DNA from: Planctomycetota bacterium
GTDB taxonomy: Bacteria > Planctomycetota > UBA1135 > UBA2386
Length of the DNA stretch: 64,000 bases
Direction: 5' to 3'
Assembly (NCBI GenBank): GCA_046290465.1
Contig: JBKAGP010000001.1
Span: 928,001-992,000 of the forward strand
Shown here: piece by piece, positions 18,357 through 31,379 of the stretch
How the letters are laid out: each line of letters opens with the position of its first letter
How positions within the stretch are numbered: the first letter of the stretch is position 1
Made by a program: the position numbers and the translations under genes
Notes under the pieces: generated by a model
Databases searched by the model: none
What the model was told of the DNA's origin: nothing
Seen by the model: only the letters and a program-made list of their open reading frames with translations

Positions 18357-20156
18357 TCAGAAGGTGATGAAGACCTCGGGCGACGAAACGCCGCGCACGG
18401 TGAGTTGGAAGTCGAGCACGATGTGCGCCGCGACGATCGGGATCCCGGCGATCGGGTTGGGCGGCGGCAGCAGCACGTCGGTCGAACGATACCCGCCGAG
18501 CGGCATCAGCGCGATCAGTTCGCCGGCGCCGAGGGTCGACTGGAACAGCGAGTCGACGTTGAGCGGGATCTGCGCGCCCCCGAACAAGAACCCAGGCGAC
18601 GCACCGTAGCTGAGGCCGAGCACGCTGAACTGGAACGCCTCGTCGAGCGCGGTCGCGTGCAGCGTGAACCGGTCCGCACGCACCGAAACCGCCGCCAGCA
18701 CCGCGTGCTCGGTGTCGTCGGCGGCGTTGCTCGCGCCCGGCGTGCCGCGGTCCCCCGCCCCGTAGACCGTGGTCGCGTCGGCGAAGTTCCAGCCCCCGGC
18801 GGTCCCGCTCGGCGCCAGCAGGTCGACGCGTTCGGCCGCGACGCCGTTGCCGCCCGGGAAGCCGGCGCCGTAGCTGACGCCGTCGATCGTGACGCCGCCG
18901 CGCTGCAACGTCACCGAGTCCGACGTGTTGGCCAGCGCCAGCGACGAGAACGGCAGCGCCACCCCCAGCGGCTGGCCGCCGTTGCGGCTCGGCGCCCCGT
19001 CGATCTGGAACAGCAGCGCGCGGCCGGGCACCAGCTGGTAGTTGCTGGCCAGCGTCACCGTGCCGGCGTTGTCGCTCAGCTGCAGGCCGTCGAGCGCGAG
19101 CGGCGCGCTGCCGACGTTGACCACTTCGAGGTACTCCCCGCTGCTGTCGGGCACGACCGACGGATTGCGCTGCAGCTCGCTGATGCGCAGATCCCCGGCC
19201 GCGATCGGTCGCGGCGCGACCTCGTCGCAGTAGAAGTCCAGGAAGTCGCCGTTGCCGGCGGTCGCGCGGTAGCGGAAGCCGTCGGTGTCGAGGCGCAGGT
19301 CGCCGACCACGCCGAAGCCGATCGTATTGGCGCTGCCGGTCGTCGTCGCCAGCAGCGCGCGCGCCGCCAGCGCCTGGTTGATCCGGTTGACGACGTTGGC
19401 CGTCGGATGGCCGAAGCCGTTGCCGGCGCCGCACGAGACCACCGCGAGTTCGGGGTCGAGCACCGACACCAGCGTGGTGCCGGTCGACGTGTTGGAGCCG
19501 TGGTGGTTGAGCTTGTAGACGTCGACGTCGCCGCAGGCGAACACCGCCTGGCCCTCGACGTCGGCGGTGCTGTTGCCACCGCCGGTCAGGTCCCCGCCGA
19601 GCCACATCGAGAAGTCGCCGTAGTCGAGCCGCATCACGACCGAACGGGCGTTCTCCTCCTGGGCCTGCGCCGGGTTGACGAAGCCGCCGCCGAGGATCTG
19701 GCCGTTGGCGCAGATGCAGGTCATCGTCGCACCGCCGCCGAGCTGGTAGACGGCCCCCACCGCGACCGTCTGGCGGCGCGCGCCGGCGGCGCCGACGTAG
19801 TCGTTGAAGCTGATCGTCGTCGGCGTGTTGACGCTGCCGCGATCGAGCGCGGTCTGGAACGGCAGCGCGCCGAGCACCGTGTCGAGGCCACCGAGGTGGT
19901 CGCTGTGGAAGTGCGAACAGACCGTGTAGCCGTAGCCGGTCGGCTGCAGCGACTGGATCAGCGGCAGCATGGTCGCCGCCCCCTGGCCGTTGGGCCCCGC
20001 GTCGACGCAGTGCACGGTGCCGTCCGGCGCGCGGATCACGACGCCGTCTCCCTGGCCGACGTCGGCGATCACGACGGTCAGCCCTTGCGGCGGATCGGCC
20101 TGGCTTCCCTGCGGAACGGGCGCGCTCAGCGCCAGGGTCAGGATGGTGGCGAGCAT
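18357..20156 (-). CDS. Secreted ComEC/Rec2-like metallo-beta-lactamase-fold nuclease with lamin-tail domain and C-terminal beta domain
   Basis: Signal peptide. DVGQGD, SHFHSDHLGG, ENARSV, GGD, KLNHHGS, SCGAGNGFGHP. LTD motifs LRISELQRNP...GEYLEVVN...GTPGASN. Confidence 0.85.
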   Translation of the reverse strand: MLATILTLALSAPVPQGSQADPPQGLTVVIADVGQGDGVVIRAPDGTVHCVDAGPNGQGAATMLPLIQSLQPTGYGYTVCSHFHSDHLGGLDTVLGALPFQTALDRGSVNTPTTISFNDYVGAAGARRQTVAVGAVYQLGGGATMTCICANGQILGGGFVNPAQAQEENARSVVMRLDYGDFSMWLGGDLTGGGNSTADVEGQAVFACGDVDVYKLNHHGSNTSTGTTLVSVLDPELAVVSCGAGNGFGHPTANVVNRINQALAARALLATTTGSANTIGFGVVGDLRLDTDGFRYRATAGNGDFLDFYCDEVAPRPIAAGDLRISELQRNPSVVPDSSGEYLEVVNVGSAPLALDGLQLSDNAGTVTLASNYQLVPGRALLFQIDGAPSRNGGQPLGVALPFSSLALANTSDSVTLQRGGVTIDGVSYGAGFPGGNGVAAERVDLLAPSGTAGGWNFADATTVYGAGDRGTPGASNAADDTEHAVLAAVSVRADRFTLHATALDEAFQFSVLGLSYGASPGFLFGGAQIPLNVDSLFQSTLGAGELIALMPLGGYRSTDVLLPPPNPIAGIPIVAAHIVLDFQLTVRGVSSPEVFITF

Positions 20157-20248
20157 GGGCCGAACAGGATAGCGGATCGATGGCCACCGCCGCGCTCCCG
20201 TGCACATCAAGCTGTCGCCAAGGTGCGGCCCCGCTATCGTGCGATGCC

Positions 20249-22388
<2,140 letters not shown>

Positions 22389-22401
22389 TAGCGAGCGATC
22401 G

Positions 22402-23643
22402 ATGCGACGCGACTCCTTCCTGTCCGACGACTGCCCGCCGATGGGCATCTACGAGACGCTCTACGCGTTCCACGACAGCTTCGGCCAGTTCATGGGAACG
22501 CCCGGCACCCACCCGTGGTCGCAGGGCTTCCCGCTGACGACGCCGCTGCCGGGCGGGCCGGAGCTGCCGGCCAGCGTCGACGTGACCTGGGAGGATCGCT
22601 TCTACCCCAAGGCGTGGGGCCACCCGCGCCTGCGCCAGGCGATCGCCGACCACTACAACGGCTTCTACGGCTCGAGCATCACGCCGGAGAACGTGATGGT
22701 GTTCGCCGGCGGCCGTCCGGGCATCTACACGCTGCTGGCGTTCTTGAAGCGCCACGTCGAGGTGCGCATCGGCAACGTCGAGTGGCCGGCCTACCTCGAC
22801 ATCCTGACGCAGACCGGCTGCAGCTGGCGCGTGGTGCCGTTCACCAAGGAGAACGGCTTCCACCCGCCCAACTCGGCCTACTTCGATCGCAGCGGCCTCA
22901 ACAGCAAGACCCACCTGCTGCCGGTGATCAGCAACCCCGGCAACCCGACCGGCCACACCCGCTGCGGCGCCGAGCTCGAGGAGCTGATCGCGATGGCCGA
23001 GCAGCCCGGCAACGGCATCCTGCTCGACGAGGCCTACGAGATGTTCCACGAGTCGAAGGGCGTCAGCGGCATCCGCTACGTCAAGGACCTCGACGACAGC
23101 AACGTGTTCCTCGCCGGCGCCTGCACCAAGGGGCTGCAGTGCCCGGGCATCCGCATCGGCTGGATGATCGCGAGCAAGGCGAACATCGAGACGATGTCGA
23201 ACTTCTCCAGCTTCGGCATGGGCGGCGTCAGCCATCCCTCGCAGCTCTACGCGGCCGAACTGCTCGAGCCCGATCGCGTGGCGCGGGCGCGTGACGCGGT
23301 GGTCTCGCACTACGGCATGCAGCGCGAACGCTACGGCCGCGCGTTCGCCGAGATGGGCCTCGGCGTGCACACCGGCGACGGCGGCTTCTACCACTGGCTC
23401 GAGCTGCCCGAAGGCCTGAACGCCGACGAGCTGAACCGGCGGCTGTTCCGCCACGGCGCGGCGATCCTGAAGGGCTTCGACTGCGACATGGCGCGGCCGC
23501 ACCAGAAGGACCCGGACTACGTCTCGCCCTACCACGGCTACTTCCGGTTCTCGTTCGGGCCGCTGCTGCCCGAGACGTTCGAGTCGGACGTCGCGATCCT
23601 GCAGCAGGTGCTCGACGAATACCGTCGCGACGCGGGCAAGTAG
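22402..23643 (+). CDS. PLP-dependent aminotransferase, class I/II
   Basis: SNPGNPTG, LDEAY, CTKGLQCPGIRIGW (PLP lysine), FRFSF. Confidence 0.88.
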   Translation: MRRDSFLSDDCPPMGIYETLYAFHDSFGQFMGTPGTHPWSQGFPLTTPLPGGPELPASVDVTWEDRFYPKAWGHPRLRQAIADHYNGFYGSSITPENVMVFAGGRPGIYTLLAFLKRHVEVRIGNVEWPAYLDILTQTGCSWRVVPFTKENGFHPPNSAYFDRSGLNSKTHLLPVISNPGNPTGHTRCGAELEELIAMAEQPGNGILLDEAYEMFHESKGVSGIRYVKDLDDSNVFLAGACTKGLQCPGIRIGWMIASKANIETMSNFSSFGMGGVSHPSQLYAAELLEPDRVARARDAVVSHYGMQRERYGRAFAEMGLGVHTGDGGFYHWLELPEGLNADELNRRLFRHGAAILKGFDCDMARPHQKDPDYVSPYHGYFRFSFGPLLPETFESDVAILQQVLDEYRRDAGK

Positions 23644-23644
23644 C

Positions 23645-23687
23645 CCGACCGCTGAACCGACGGCCGCGCGCGGCCGTTCGCGGTCGG
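23645..23687. terminator. GC-rich stem-loop after the aminotransferase (possible terminator or RNA-stability element)
   Basis: CCGACCGC...GCGGTCGG arms around a perfect 18-bp palindrome ACGGCCGCGCGCGGCCGT (23660-23677). No U-tract. Confidence 0.5.
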
Positions 23688-23688
23688 T

Positions 23689-25248
23689 GTGATCCGGCGG
23701 CCCATTGCCCTCTCCGCCGCGCTGCTGTTGGTCGCGTGTTCCCGACGCGATGCGACCGCGGTGCGCTCCGTGCGACCCGACGCGCCCGAAGTGCGGGCGC
23801 TGGTGCTCGAACTCGGCGAAGGCGAACGCGCCTACACTTGGATGGGGTGGCCCGACCAGCAGCCGGCGGCGATGGCGCAGCTGGTCGCCATGGGGCCGCG
23901 GGCGGTGCCGGCGCTGCTCCACCACGCGAAGTCGAGCCCCGATCGCTGGACGCGCGTGCTGCTGATCGACGTGCTCGGCCGCATCGGTGACCGCCGCGCG
24001 CTGCCGTTCGTGCGCGGGCGCCTGCACGACGCCGACGCGGACGTGCGCAGCGTAGCCGACGCGGCGCTGCTGCAGCTGCTGCCCGACGCCGAGCTGCTGG
24101 CGCTGCAGAAGGGACCGCAGCGCCTCGAGATCCTGGCCGAGCGCGTGCGTCGCGGCGACCTGCAGGCGATCGACGAGCTGCTGCGCATCGCGACGCCCGG
24201 CTCGGCGACGTTCGGCACGATCGTCGACGCGGTGCTGCTGCACGCGCCGCTGCGACAGGCGCTCGGCTTCGGCCCCGACGAGATGGCGCTCGTCCTCGAC
24301 GACGAGGGCTTCCTGCTGGCCGCCAGGGAGTGGTACATCGAGCACGTTCGTGGCGAACGGTCGCCGTGGAAGCCCGATCCAGCGCGTGACGCGGCCGCGC
24401 TGGCGACGCCGGCGGGCATGCACGCCTATGCGGCGTTGGCCGAGACGGCGGACGCGTTCGACTGGATGGGGTCGCTGCGGGTGATCCCCAAGCAGGTCTC
24501 GCCATCGGCGCCCCGGGCAATGACTGCGGTGCTGGCCTACGGACACGGTTCGACCGTGCTGTTCGACTCGATCCGGCGCGCGCCGGATGGCTGGGTCGTC
24601 GACCGCGTGGTCGCGACGGTGCCCCGGTTCGATGCGACGTTCGCGAGCCAGCCGCCGAGCCACCGTCACTACAGCGCGCCGATCGCCGACGAGCCCTACC
24701 GCCGCTTGCGGCACGCCCTCGAAGCGATCCTGGCCGCCGACGTGCGGGCCTGGTGGTCCGGGCCCCACGCCGGGTTGGCCACGTCGTCGGGCAACTACAC
24801 GTTCGCCATCGCCGGGCTCGCCGAAGAACTGCAGTGGCAGGGCTACCCGAGCAGCGAGCGTCGCGCTGCCCTCGTGCGGATCGAAGCGGCCAAGGACCAC
24901 TACCTCGACACGCTGCCGCCGCTGCAGGAGGCGAGCATGGTGCGCCACGAGGTGCTCGATCCGGTGCTGCTCGACGTCTGGCACCAGCACGCGCCCACGA
25001 TCGGCCGCCCGCGCAGCTACGGATACCTGCAGCGTCGCCTGCTCGCCGCCACCGCTTCGATCGGAACTCCGGCGATGGCAGAACCGCTGCGCGGCTGGTT
25101 CGCGACCAAGGCCGCGCCGAGCGCAGCCGACGCCGCCCTCTGCAACGCCTACGCCGCGTGCTCGGGCCTGGACCTGCGCTTCGACCCCGACGGCACGCCA
25201 CGCTCCGCCATCGACACCTTCACCGCCTACCGCACCCACCTCCGCTGA
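23689..25248 (+). CDS. Putative lipoprotein with HEAT/PBS-lyase repeats
   Basis: Lipobox LLVAC. LVAMGPRAVPALL, LGRIGDRRALPFV...LHDADADVRSVA. Confidence 0.7.
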   Translation: MIRRPIALSAALLLVACSRRDATAVRSVRPDAPEVRALVLELGEGERAYTWMGWPDQQPAAMAQLVAMGPRAVPALLHHAKSSPDRWTRVLLIDVLGRIGDRRALPFVRGRLHDADADVRSVADAALLQLLPDAELLALQKGPQRLEILAERVRRGDLQAIDELLRIATPGSATFGTIVDAVLLHAPLRQALGFGPDEMALVLDDEGFLLAAREWYIEHVRGERSPWKPDPARDAAALATPAGMHAYAALAETADAFDWMGSLRVIPKQVSPSAPRAMTAVLAYGHGSTVLFDSIRRAPDGWVVDRVVATVPRFDATFASQPPSHRHYSAPIADEPYRRLRHALEAILAADVRAWWSGPHAGLATSSGNYTFAIAGLAEELQWQGYPSSERRAALVRIEAAKDHYLDTLPPLQEASMVRHEVLDPVLLDVWHQHAPTIGRPRSYGYLQRRLLAATASIGTPAMAEPLRGWFATKAAPSAADAALCNAYAACSGLDLRFDPDGTPRSAIDTFTAYRTHLR

Positions 25249-25250
25249 CC

Positions 25251-25292
25251 CGTTCGGCAAGCCCGCTACCGGAACCGAACGTCCGGACCGGG
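25251..25292. repeat. Palindromic element between convergent genes, related to the 11.76-kb element
   Basis: CGTTCGG...CCGAACG inverted repeat. 25267-25292 matches 11759-11784 at 22/26 positions. Confidence 0.5.
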
Positions 25293-25294
25293 GG

Positions 25295-26248
25295 TTACCA
25301 CCAGTGGATGCGTACGCTGTTGGAGGTGGCGAAGGCGCCGGCGCCGTCGGTGACGACGCCCTGAGCGTAGAGGTCGAAGCCGGCGGGCAGGGGTGGCAAG
25401 TCGAAGACGAAGGAGCCGCCGAGCAGAACCGCATCGACCGTCACCAGCTGCACGAGGCCCGGGCCGAGCGGCAGGTGCGTCGGCTGGAAGCCGAGCACGG
25501 TGACGAACGGCGACAGGGCGACCAGCGGCGACGACAGCTCGAGGCTCCAGCGGTCGACGGCGACCAGCTCGGGCTCGAGATACACCAGCGTCGGCAAAGC
25601 CGCGAAGCGCTCGAGGTAGCCGCGACCGGGCACGAACTCGCCGCGCAGGCGCGCTTCGCCCGAGCCGGCCAGCCCCAGCGCGGCGCCGGCGGCGGCGGTC
25701 GACGACATCTCGATGCGCACGGTCACCCCCTGCGCGGTCACGGTCAGCGGCACCAACACCTCGCTGTCGGAGCTGCCGACCTCGAACGTCCCGTCGGCGC
25801 CGACATCGACAAGCACCGACGCGCTGCCGCCGCCCAGGAACAGCCGGCCGGCCTCGAGCACCAGCACGCCGTTCTCGATCGCACCCGACGACGACTGCAG
25901 CAGCACGTCGAGCGTGAACTGGCCCGACGTGCTCACGGTGGCGGCGAACGACAGCGCGCTGCTCAGCGACTCGACCTCGAACGCGGCGGTTCCGATGCTG
26001 GTCGGGGCGAGGTCCCACGCCGCCGTCGTGCCCGTCACCAGCGCCGACGCCGACCCGAACGTGCCCGGAGCCACCGACCCGACCGCCAGCGGCGCCGAGA
26101 CCACGTTGCCGCCGGCTGCGGCCTGGAAGGTCCCCGCCACCGGCGCGCTGGCCGTGACGATGACCTGGGCGGTCGAACCACCGGTGAGCAGCACCGATGC
26201 CAACAGGACCGCGCCGAGGACGGCGCGCGAGGGATCTCCTTCGTTCAT
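25295..26248 (-). CDS. Secreted beta-rich hypothetical protein
   Basis: Signal peptide (STA-Q). C-terminus LPPLPAGFDLYAQGVVTD...ATSNSVRI. Confidence 0.75.
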   Translation of the reverse strand: MNEGDPSRAVLGAVLLASVLLTGGSTAQVIVTASAPVAGTFQAAAGGNVVSAPLAVGSVAPGTFGSASALVTGTTAAWDLAPTSIGTAAFEVESLSSALSFAATVSTSGQFTLDVLLQSSSGAIENGVLVLEAGRLFLGGGSASVLVDVGADGTFEVGSSDSEVLVPLTVTAQGVTVRIEMSSTAAAGAALGLAGSGEARLRGEFVPGRGYLERFAALPTLVYLEPELVAVDRWSLELSSPLVALSPFVTVLGFQPTHLPLGPGLVQLVTVDAVLLGGSFVFDLPPLPAGFDLYAQGVVTDGAGAFATSNSVRIHWW

Positions 26249-26405
26249 GCCCGGATCCTAGCCAGACCGGCGCGCGCGCGCAGCGTCGCCCGCCCAGGCC
26301 GCCCTGCCGCCGTCGCCCGAGCCGCCGTGACCATCCCGTGACGCCCACACCACCGGGGATTCCCTCCGACGGCTATCGCTTCCGCTCGCCGAGGGTTACG
26401 ATCCG

Positions 26406-26756
26406 GTGGCCGACGTCATGCGCGAGCGCACCACGAAGGACAATACGTTCCCCCACTGGGTGGCCCTGCTGAGTCTGGGTTTCGCCCTGACCCTGTTCTT
26501 CGCGAACACCGTGCCCGCCCTGCGCGAGCGCGACGGCCTGCAGGAGGTCGAGTACGAACTCGCCGACCTGCGGCAGCGCTACGAGGACGCGATCCGCGCC
26601 AACCAGCTCGGGGTCGGCCAGGCCAGCGAATACGACCTGCAGTCGCTGCTGGTCGCGATCGACCGCCTCGGTTACACCCCGACGGAGCTGTGTGCGGCCC
26701 ACCCGGAGCGCCTCGCCGAAACCGACGATGCCGACGACCCGCGGGAACCTCGTTGA
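26406..26756 (+). CDS. Small bitopic membrane protein with coiled coil (possibly FtsB/DivIC-like)
   Basis: One TM (WVALLSLGFALTLFFA), heptad-like segment, then ..LLVAIDRLGYTPTE. Family call is weak. Confidence 0.6.
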   Translation: MADVMRERTTKDNTFPHWVALLSLGFALTLFFANTVPALRERDGLQEVEYELADLRQRYEDAIRANQLGVGQASEYDLQSLLVAIDRLGYTPTELCAAHPERLAETDDADDPREPR

Positions 26757-26814
26757 AGTTTCCCCGATCGAAGTTTCCCCGATCGAAGTGTCACCGATCG
26801 AAGTTTCCCCGATC
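26755..26814. repeat. Intergenic tandem repeat, 4 x 15 bp (GAAGTTTCCCCGATC)
   Basis: Units at 26755, 26770, 26785 (variant GAAGTGTCACCGATC) and 26800. Confidence 0.92.
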
Positions 26815-26946
26815 GGAAGGCGTCGGAAGCCCGTTGCCATCCCAGCACATCTACCCCCGCATCCGTAGAGTCACCCTGACGCGAACCTTCCCAGACGAGC
26901 CCGGACGGTCCCCCGCCCCTCGTCGGAACCGAACCCCTCACAAGCC

Positions 26947-27997
<1,051 letters not shown>

Positions 27998-27999
<2 letters not shown>

Positions 28000-28020
28000 T
28001 CCATGCCAGGGGCATGGATC
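27998..28020. repeat. Perfect hairpin at the start of the 190-bp moxR-DUF58 spacer (REP-like)
   Basis: GATCCATGCC-AGG-GGCATGGATC: 10-bp stem, 3-nt loop. Confidence 0.55.
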
Positions 28021-28190
28021 CCTGCGATCCGCCCTTGTCTCTTCCGCTGGGCGGGGCGGAAACAACACGGCGCAATCCACCCCGGGGAGCGCCGCTCGCC
28101 CAGCAGCGGCCCGATTCCAACCAACACGCGTCCGCAGCCCCTCGACGTCGAACCGGGCGTCGATGCGGAGCCTCGGACTGAGCAGGCAGC

Positions 28191-29105
28191 ATGACCGAAA
28201 CCCCAACCAACTACCTCGACCCGCGCGTGCTCGACAAGGTCGCGCGGCTCGAGCTGCGCGCGCGCCTGGTCGTCGAAGGCTTCGTGACCGGCATGCACAA
28301 GTCGCCGTATCGCGGCTTCTCGGTCGAGTTCGCGCAGCACCGTGAGTACGTGCCGGGCGACGACCTGCGCCACCTCGACTGGAAGATCTTCGCCAAGGCC
28401 GATCGCTACGTGATCAAGCAGTACGAGGAGGAGACCAACCTCCGCTGCCACCTGTTCCTCGACCAGTCCGAGTCGATGAACTACGCGGCCGACGAGGCGA
28501 TGTCGAAGTTCGACTACGGCGCGACCGCGTGCGCATCGCTGGCCTACATGATCCAGCAGCAGGCCGACGCCGTCGGCCTGACGCTGTTCGACGAGACGGT
28601 CGCCAAGCAGGTGCCGCCGTCGAACACCCGCCAGAGCCTCGGCAACCTGTTCCAGTCGCTCGAGCAGGCCAAGGCCCGCGAGCAGAAGACCAAGATCGGC
28701 ACGGTGCTGCACGAACTCGCCGGCCAGCTGCGCCAGCGCGGCATGGTGATGATCTTCAGCGACATGTTCGACGAGCCGGCGTCGATCATCCAGGGCCTGC
28801 GCGAGATCCGCAGCCGGGGCCACGACATCGTCGTGTTCCACGTCATGGACCACGACGAGCTCGAGTTCCCGTTCGAGCGGATGACGATGTTCCAGGGCCT
28901 CGAAGAACTGCCCGAACTGCTCTGCGACCCGAAGTCACTGCGCGACGCCTACCTCAACGAGGTCAACACCCACGCAGAAGAGCTGCGCAAGGGTTGTCTC
29001 GCGCAGCGCATCGACTACGTGAGGGTCGACACCATGAATCCCCTCGACGTCGTGCTGACGTCCTACCTCAGCGCCCGCGCGGCGCGCGGCAAGCGCAACA
29101 AGTAG
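28191..29105 (+). CDS. DUF58 domain protein
   Basis: GMHKSPYRGFSVEFAQHREYVPGDDLRHLDWK, KQYEEETN, DQSESM, FSD. Confidence 0.95.
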   Translation: MTETPTNYLDPRVLDKVARLELRARLVVEGFVTGMHKSPYRGFSVEFAQHREYVPGDDLRHLDWKIFAKADRYVIKQYEEETNLRCHLFLDQSESMNYAADEAMSKFDYGATACASLAYMIQQQADAVGLTLFDETVAKQVPPSNTRQSLGNLFQSLEQAKAREQKTKIGTVLHELAGQLRQRGMVMIFSDMFDEPASIIQGLREIRSRGHDIVVFHVMDHDELEFPFERMTMFQGLEELPELLCDPKSLRDAYLNEVNTHAEELRKGCLAQRIDYVRVDTMNPLDVVLTSYLSARAARGKRNK

Positions 29106-29114
29106 CCACCGAGC

Positions 29115-31379
29115 GTGCAGTTCCTCAACCCAGCCCTGCTCGCCGGCGCGCTGCTGTTCGCCGTTCCGCTGCTGATCCACCTGCTCAACCGGCAGCGCCA
29201 CAAGCGGCGGCCGTGGGCGGCGATGGACTTCCTGCTGAGGGCCTACCAGAAGCAGCGCAACCGGCTCCGCAACGAGAACCTGCTGCTGCTGCTGCTGCGC
29301 TGCCTGATCCCGATCCTGCTGGCGCTGGCGATCGCCCGGCCGCTGCTGCAGGAGGCGATGTCGCTGCTGACCGGCGGCGGCACGGTGCACCACGTGTTCG
29401 TGCTCGACGGCTCGTACAGCATGGGCCTGCGGCAGGACGGCGCGCAGTCGCCGTACGAACGGTCGCGCGCGCTGGTCGGCCGGCTGCTGGACCGGTTCGA
29501 GAGCAACCCCAACCGCAACGACAAGGTCACGCTGGTGCACGCCGGCGTGCGCCCGCGCTTCGTCGTGCGCGGCGACCTCGACGTCGCCGCCGCCCGCGCT
29601 GGCTGGCTGCAGATGACCAAGCCCGACGACGCCGCGTCGGACTTGACCGAGGCGCTGTCGCAGGTCGTCGACGCGCTCGACGAGGCCAAGGACCCGCAGA
29701 CCCAGGTCTACGTGTTCACCGACCTGCAGCAGCGCGCGATGGGCGACAGCCTGAAGGAGCCCGACCAGGAGCAAGGCCCCGAGCTGGCCGACACGCTGCG
29801 CGACCTGGTCGCCGAACTGCAGGCACGTGAAGGGCTGCAGCTGCACTGGATCGACACCGGGCCGATGTCGTCGGGCCAGGGCGGCCGGCTCGACAACGTG
29901 CAGATCACCGAGCTGCGCCTGACCGATCCCGCCGCCGTGCAGAAGAGTCCGGCCGAGGTCATCGCGACGCTGCGCAACCTCGGCGACGAGACCGCAAGCT
30001 GCGAGGTCACGCTCGAGATCGACGGCGGCGAGCCGATGCGCAAGCTGCTGAAGGTGCCGGCCGGCGCCGACGGCGAGGCCGACTTCCAGCTGACGTTCCG
30101 CACGCCCGGCAAGCACAAGGTGCGCGCCGCGCTGGTGCAGGACGCCCTCAGCGCCGACGACGAACGCTTCCTGACCGTCGACGTGCGCGACCGCATCCGC
30201 ATCCTGCTGGTCGACGGCAAGGACGGCGGCGACCCGCTGAAGAGCTACGCGTATCTGTGGCAGGCGATGCTCGACCCCGACGAGAACGTGCTGCCGACGT
30301 TCGCGGTCGAGGTCGTCGACATCGTCACGCTGCTCGGCGGCCAGTGCACGCCGAAGGACTACGACGTGGTGGTGCTGGCCGACATCGAACGGCTCAACCA
30401 CCGCGCCGCGAGCGCGCTGACCGACGCGCTGCGCGCCGGCCGCGGCGTGCTGTGCCAGTTCGGCCCGCAGACCGAGGTCGAGTCGTTCAACCTGCACCTT
30501 CACGCCGCCGGCGAAGGCCCGATGCCATTCCGCCTGCTCGGCCCGCTCGGCGGCGCACCCGGCAGCTCGACGGTGCGCGCTCCGAGCATCGTCGACCCCG
30601 AACATCCGCTGCTGAAGGAGTTCGAGGAGGACATCTACCGCGAGATCCTGCAGGCCATCCCGATGTGGAAGTGGCACGGGGTCGCGTCCGATTCGATCCA
30701 GGAAGGCGCCGCCGTCGCGGTGCGCGTCACCGACGCCGAGCAGACCCCGCTGTTCGTCAGCAACGCGTTCGGCGAGGGCCAGGCCGTGTTCCTGACGTCG
30801 CCGATCGGCAGCGAATACGACGCCGACCGCTGGAACCGCCTCGACGACCCGCTGGTGGCGTTCCCGCTGCTGCACGGCATGGTCAAGTGGCTGGCGCTGC
30901 CGGCGACCGACCCGTTCGCGACCCGCGTCGGCGCCGAGCTGTCGTGCTCGCTCGACGCGCGCCCCGAGAACGTCGAGGTCAACCGACCCGAGCGCGACGG
31001 CCGCCCGCGGGCGCCGCTGGCCGAGGCGCCGCGGCCGCTGCCCGGCGGCCGGTTCGCGCTGCCGCCGTACTCCAACACGCGCTTCGCCGGCTTCTACGAG
31101 TTCGACATGACGCTCGATCGCGAGTCCGGCAAGGAGCCGCTGCGGCTGCCGTTCGCGGTCAACGTCGACCCGATCGAGGGCGAGCTGCAGTACCCGACCC
31201 ACGCCGAGGTGACGGCCGCGCTCGGCATCGAGCGCGTGCTCGACGCGCTGCCGGCGGTCGCCGAGGCCGACGACTCCCCCGACCGCAGTGAGCTGGGCCC
31301 GTCCCTGCTGCTGCTGACCCTGCTGCTGGTGCTCGGCGAAGCCGCGCTGGCGCGCTACGTCGCCGCGAGGAGGAGCTGA
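29115..31379 (+). CDS. BatA-domain / vWA membrane protein
   Basis: MQFLNP..L....PLLIHLLNR..W.AMDFL..LLLLLRCL..LAIARP (BatA). DGSYSM MIDAS, FTD. C-terminal TM. Confidence 0.88.
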   Translation: MQFLNPALLAGALLFAVPLLIHLLNRQRHKRRPWAAMDFLLRAYQKQRNRLRNENLLLLLLRCLIPILLALAIARPLLQEAMSLLTGGGTVHHVFVLDGSYSMGLRQDGAQSPYERSRALVGRLLDRFESNPNRNDKVTLVHAGVRPRFVVRGDLDVAAARAGWLQMTKPDDAASDLTEALSQVVDALDEAKDPQTQVYVFTDLQQRAMGDSLKEPDQEQGPELADTLRDLVAELQAREGLQLHWIDTGPMSSGQGGRLDNVQITELRLTDPAAVQKSPAEVIATLRNLGDETASCEVTLEIDGGEPMRKLLKVPAGADGEADFQLTFRTPGKHKVRAALVQDALSADDERFLTVDVRDRIRILLVDGKDGGDPLKSYAYLWQAMLDPDENVLPTFAVEVVDIVTLLGGQCTPKDYDVVVLADIERLNHRAASALTDALRAGRGVLCQFGPQTEVESFNLHLHAAGEGPMPFRLLGPLGGAPGSSTVRAPSIVDPEHPLLKEFEEDIYREILQAIPMWKWHGVASDSIQEGAAVAVRVTDAEQTPLFVSNAFGEGQAVFLTSPIGSEYDADRWNRLDDPLVAFPLLHGMVKWLALPATDPFATRVGAELSCSLDARPENVEVNRPERDGRPRAPLAEAPRPLPGGRFALPPYSNTRFAGFYEFDMTLDRESGKEPLRLPFAVNVDPIEGELQYPTHAEVTAALGIERVLDALPAVAEADDSPDRSELGPSLLLLTLLLVLGEAALARYVAARRS

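Noticed and set aside
18357..20156. Competence channel ComEC
   Set aside because: Only the soluble MBL domain is present. No multi-TM competence domain.
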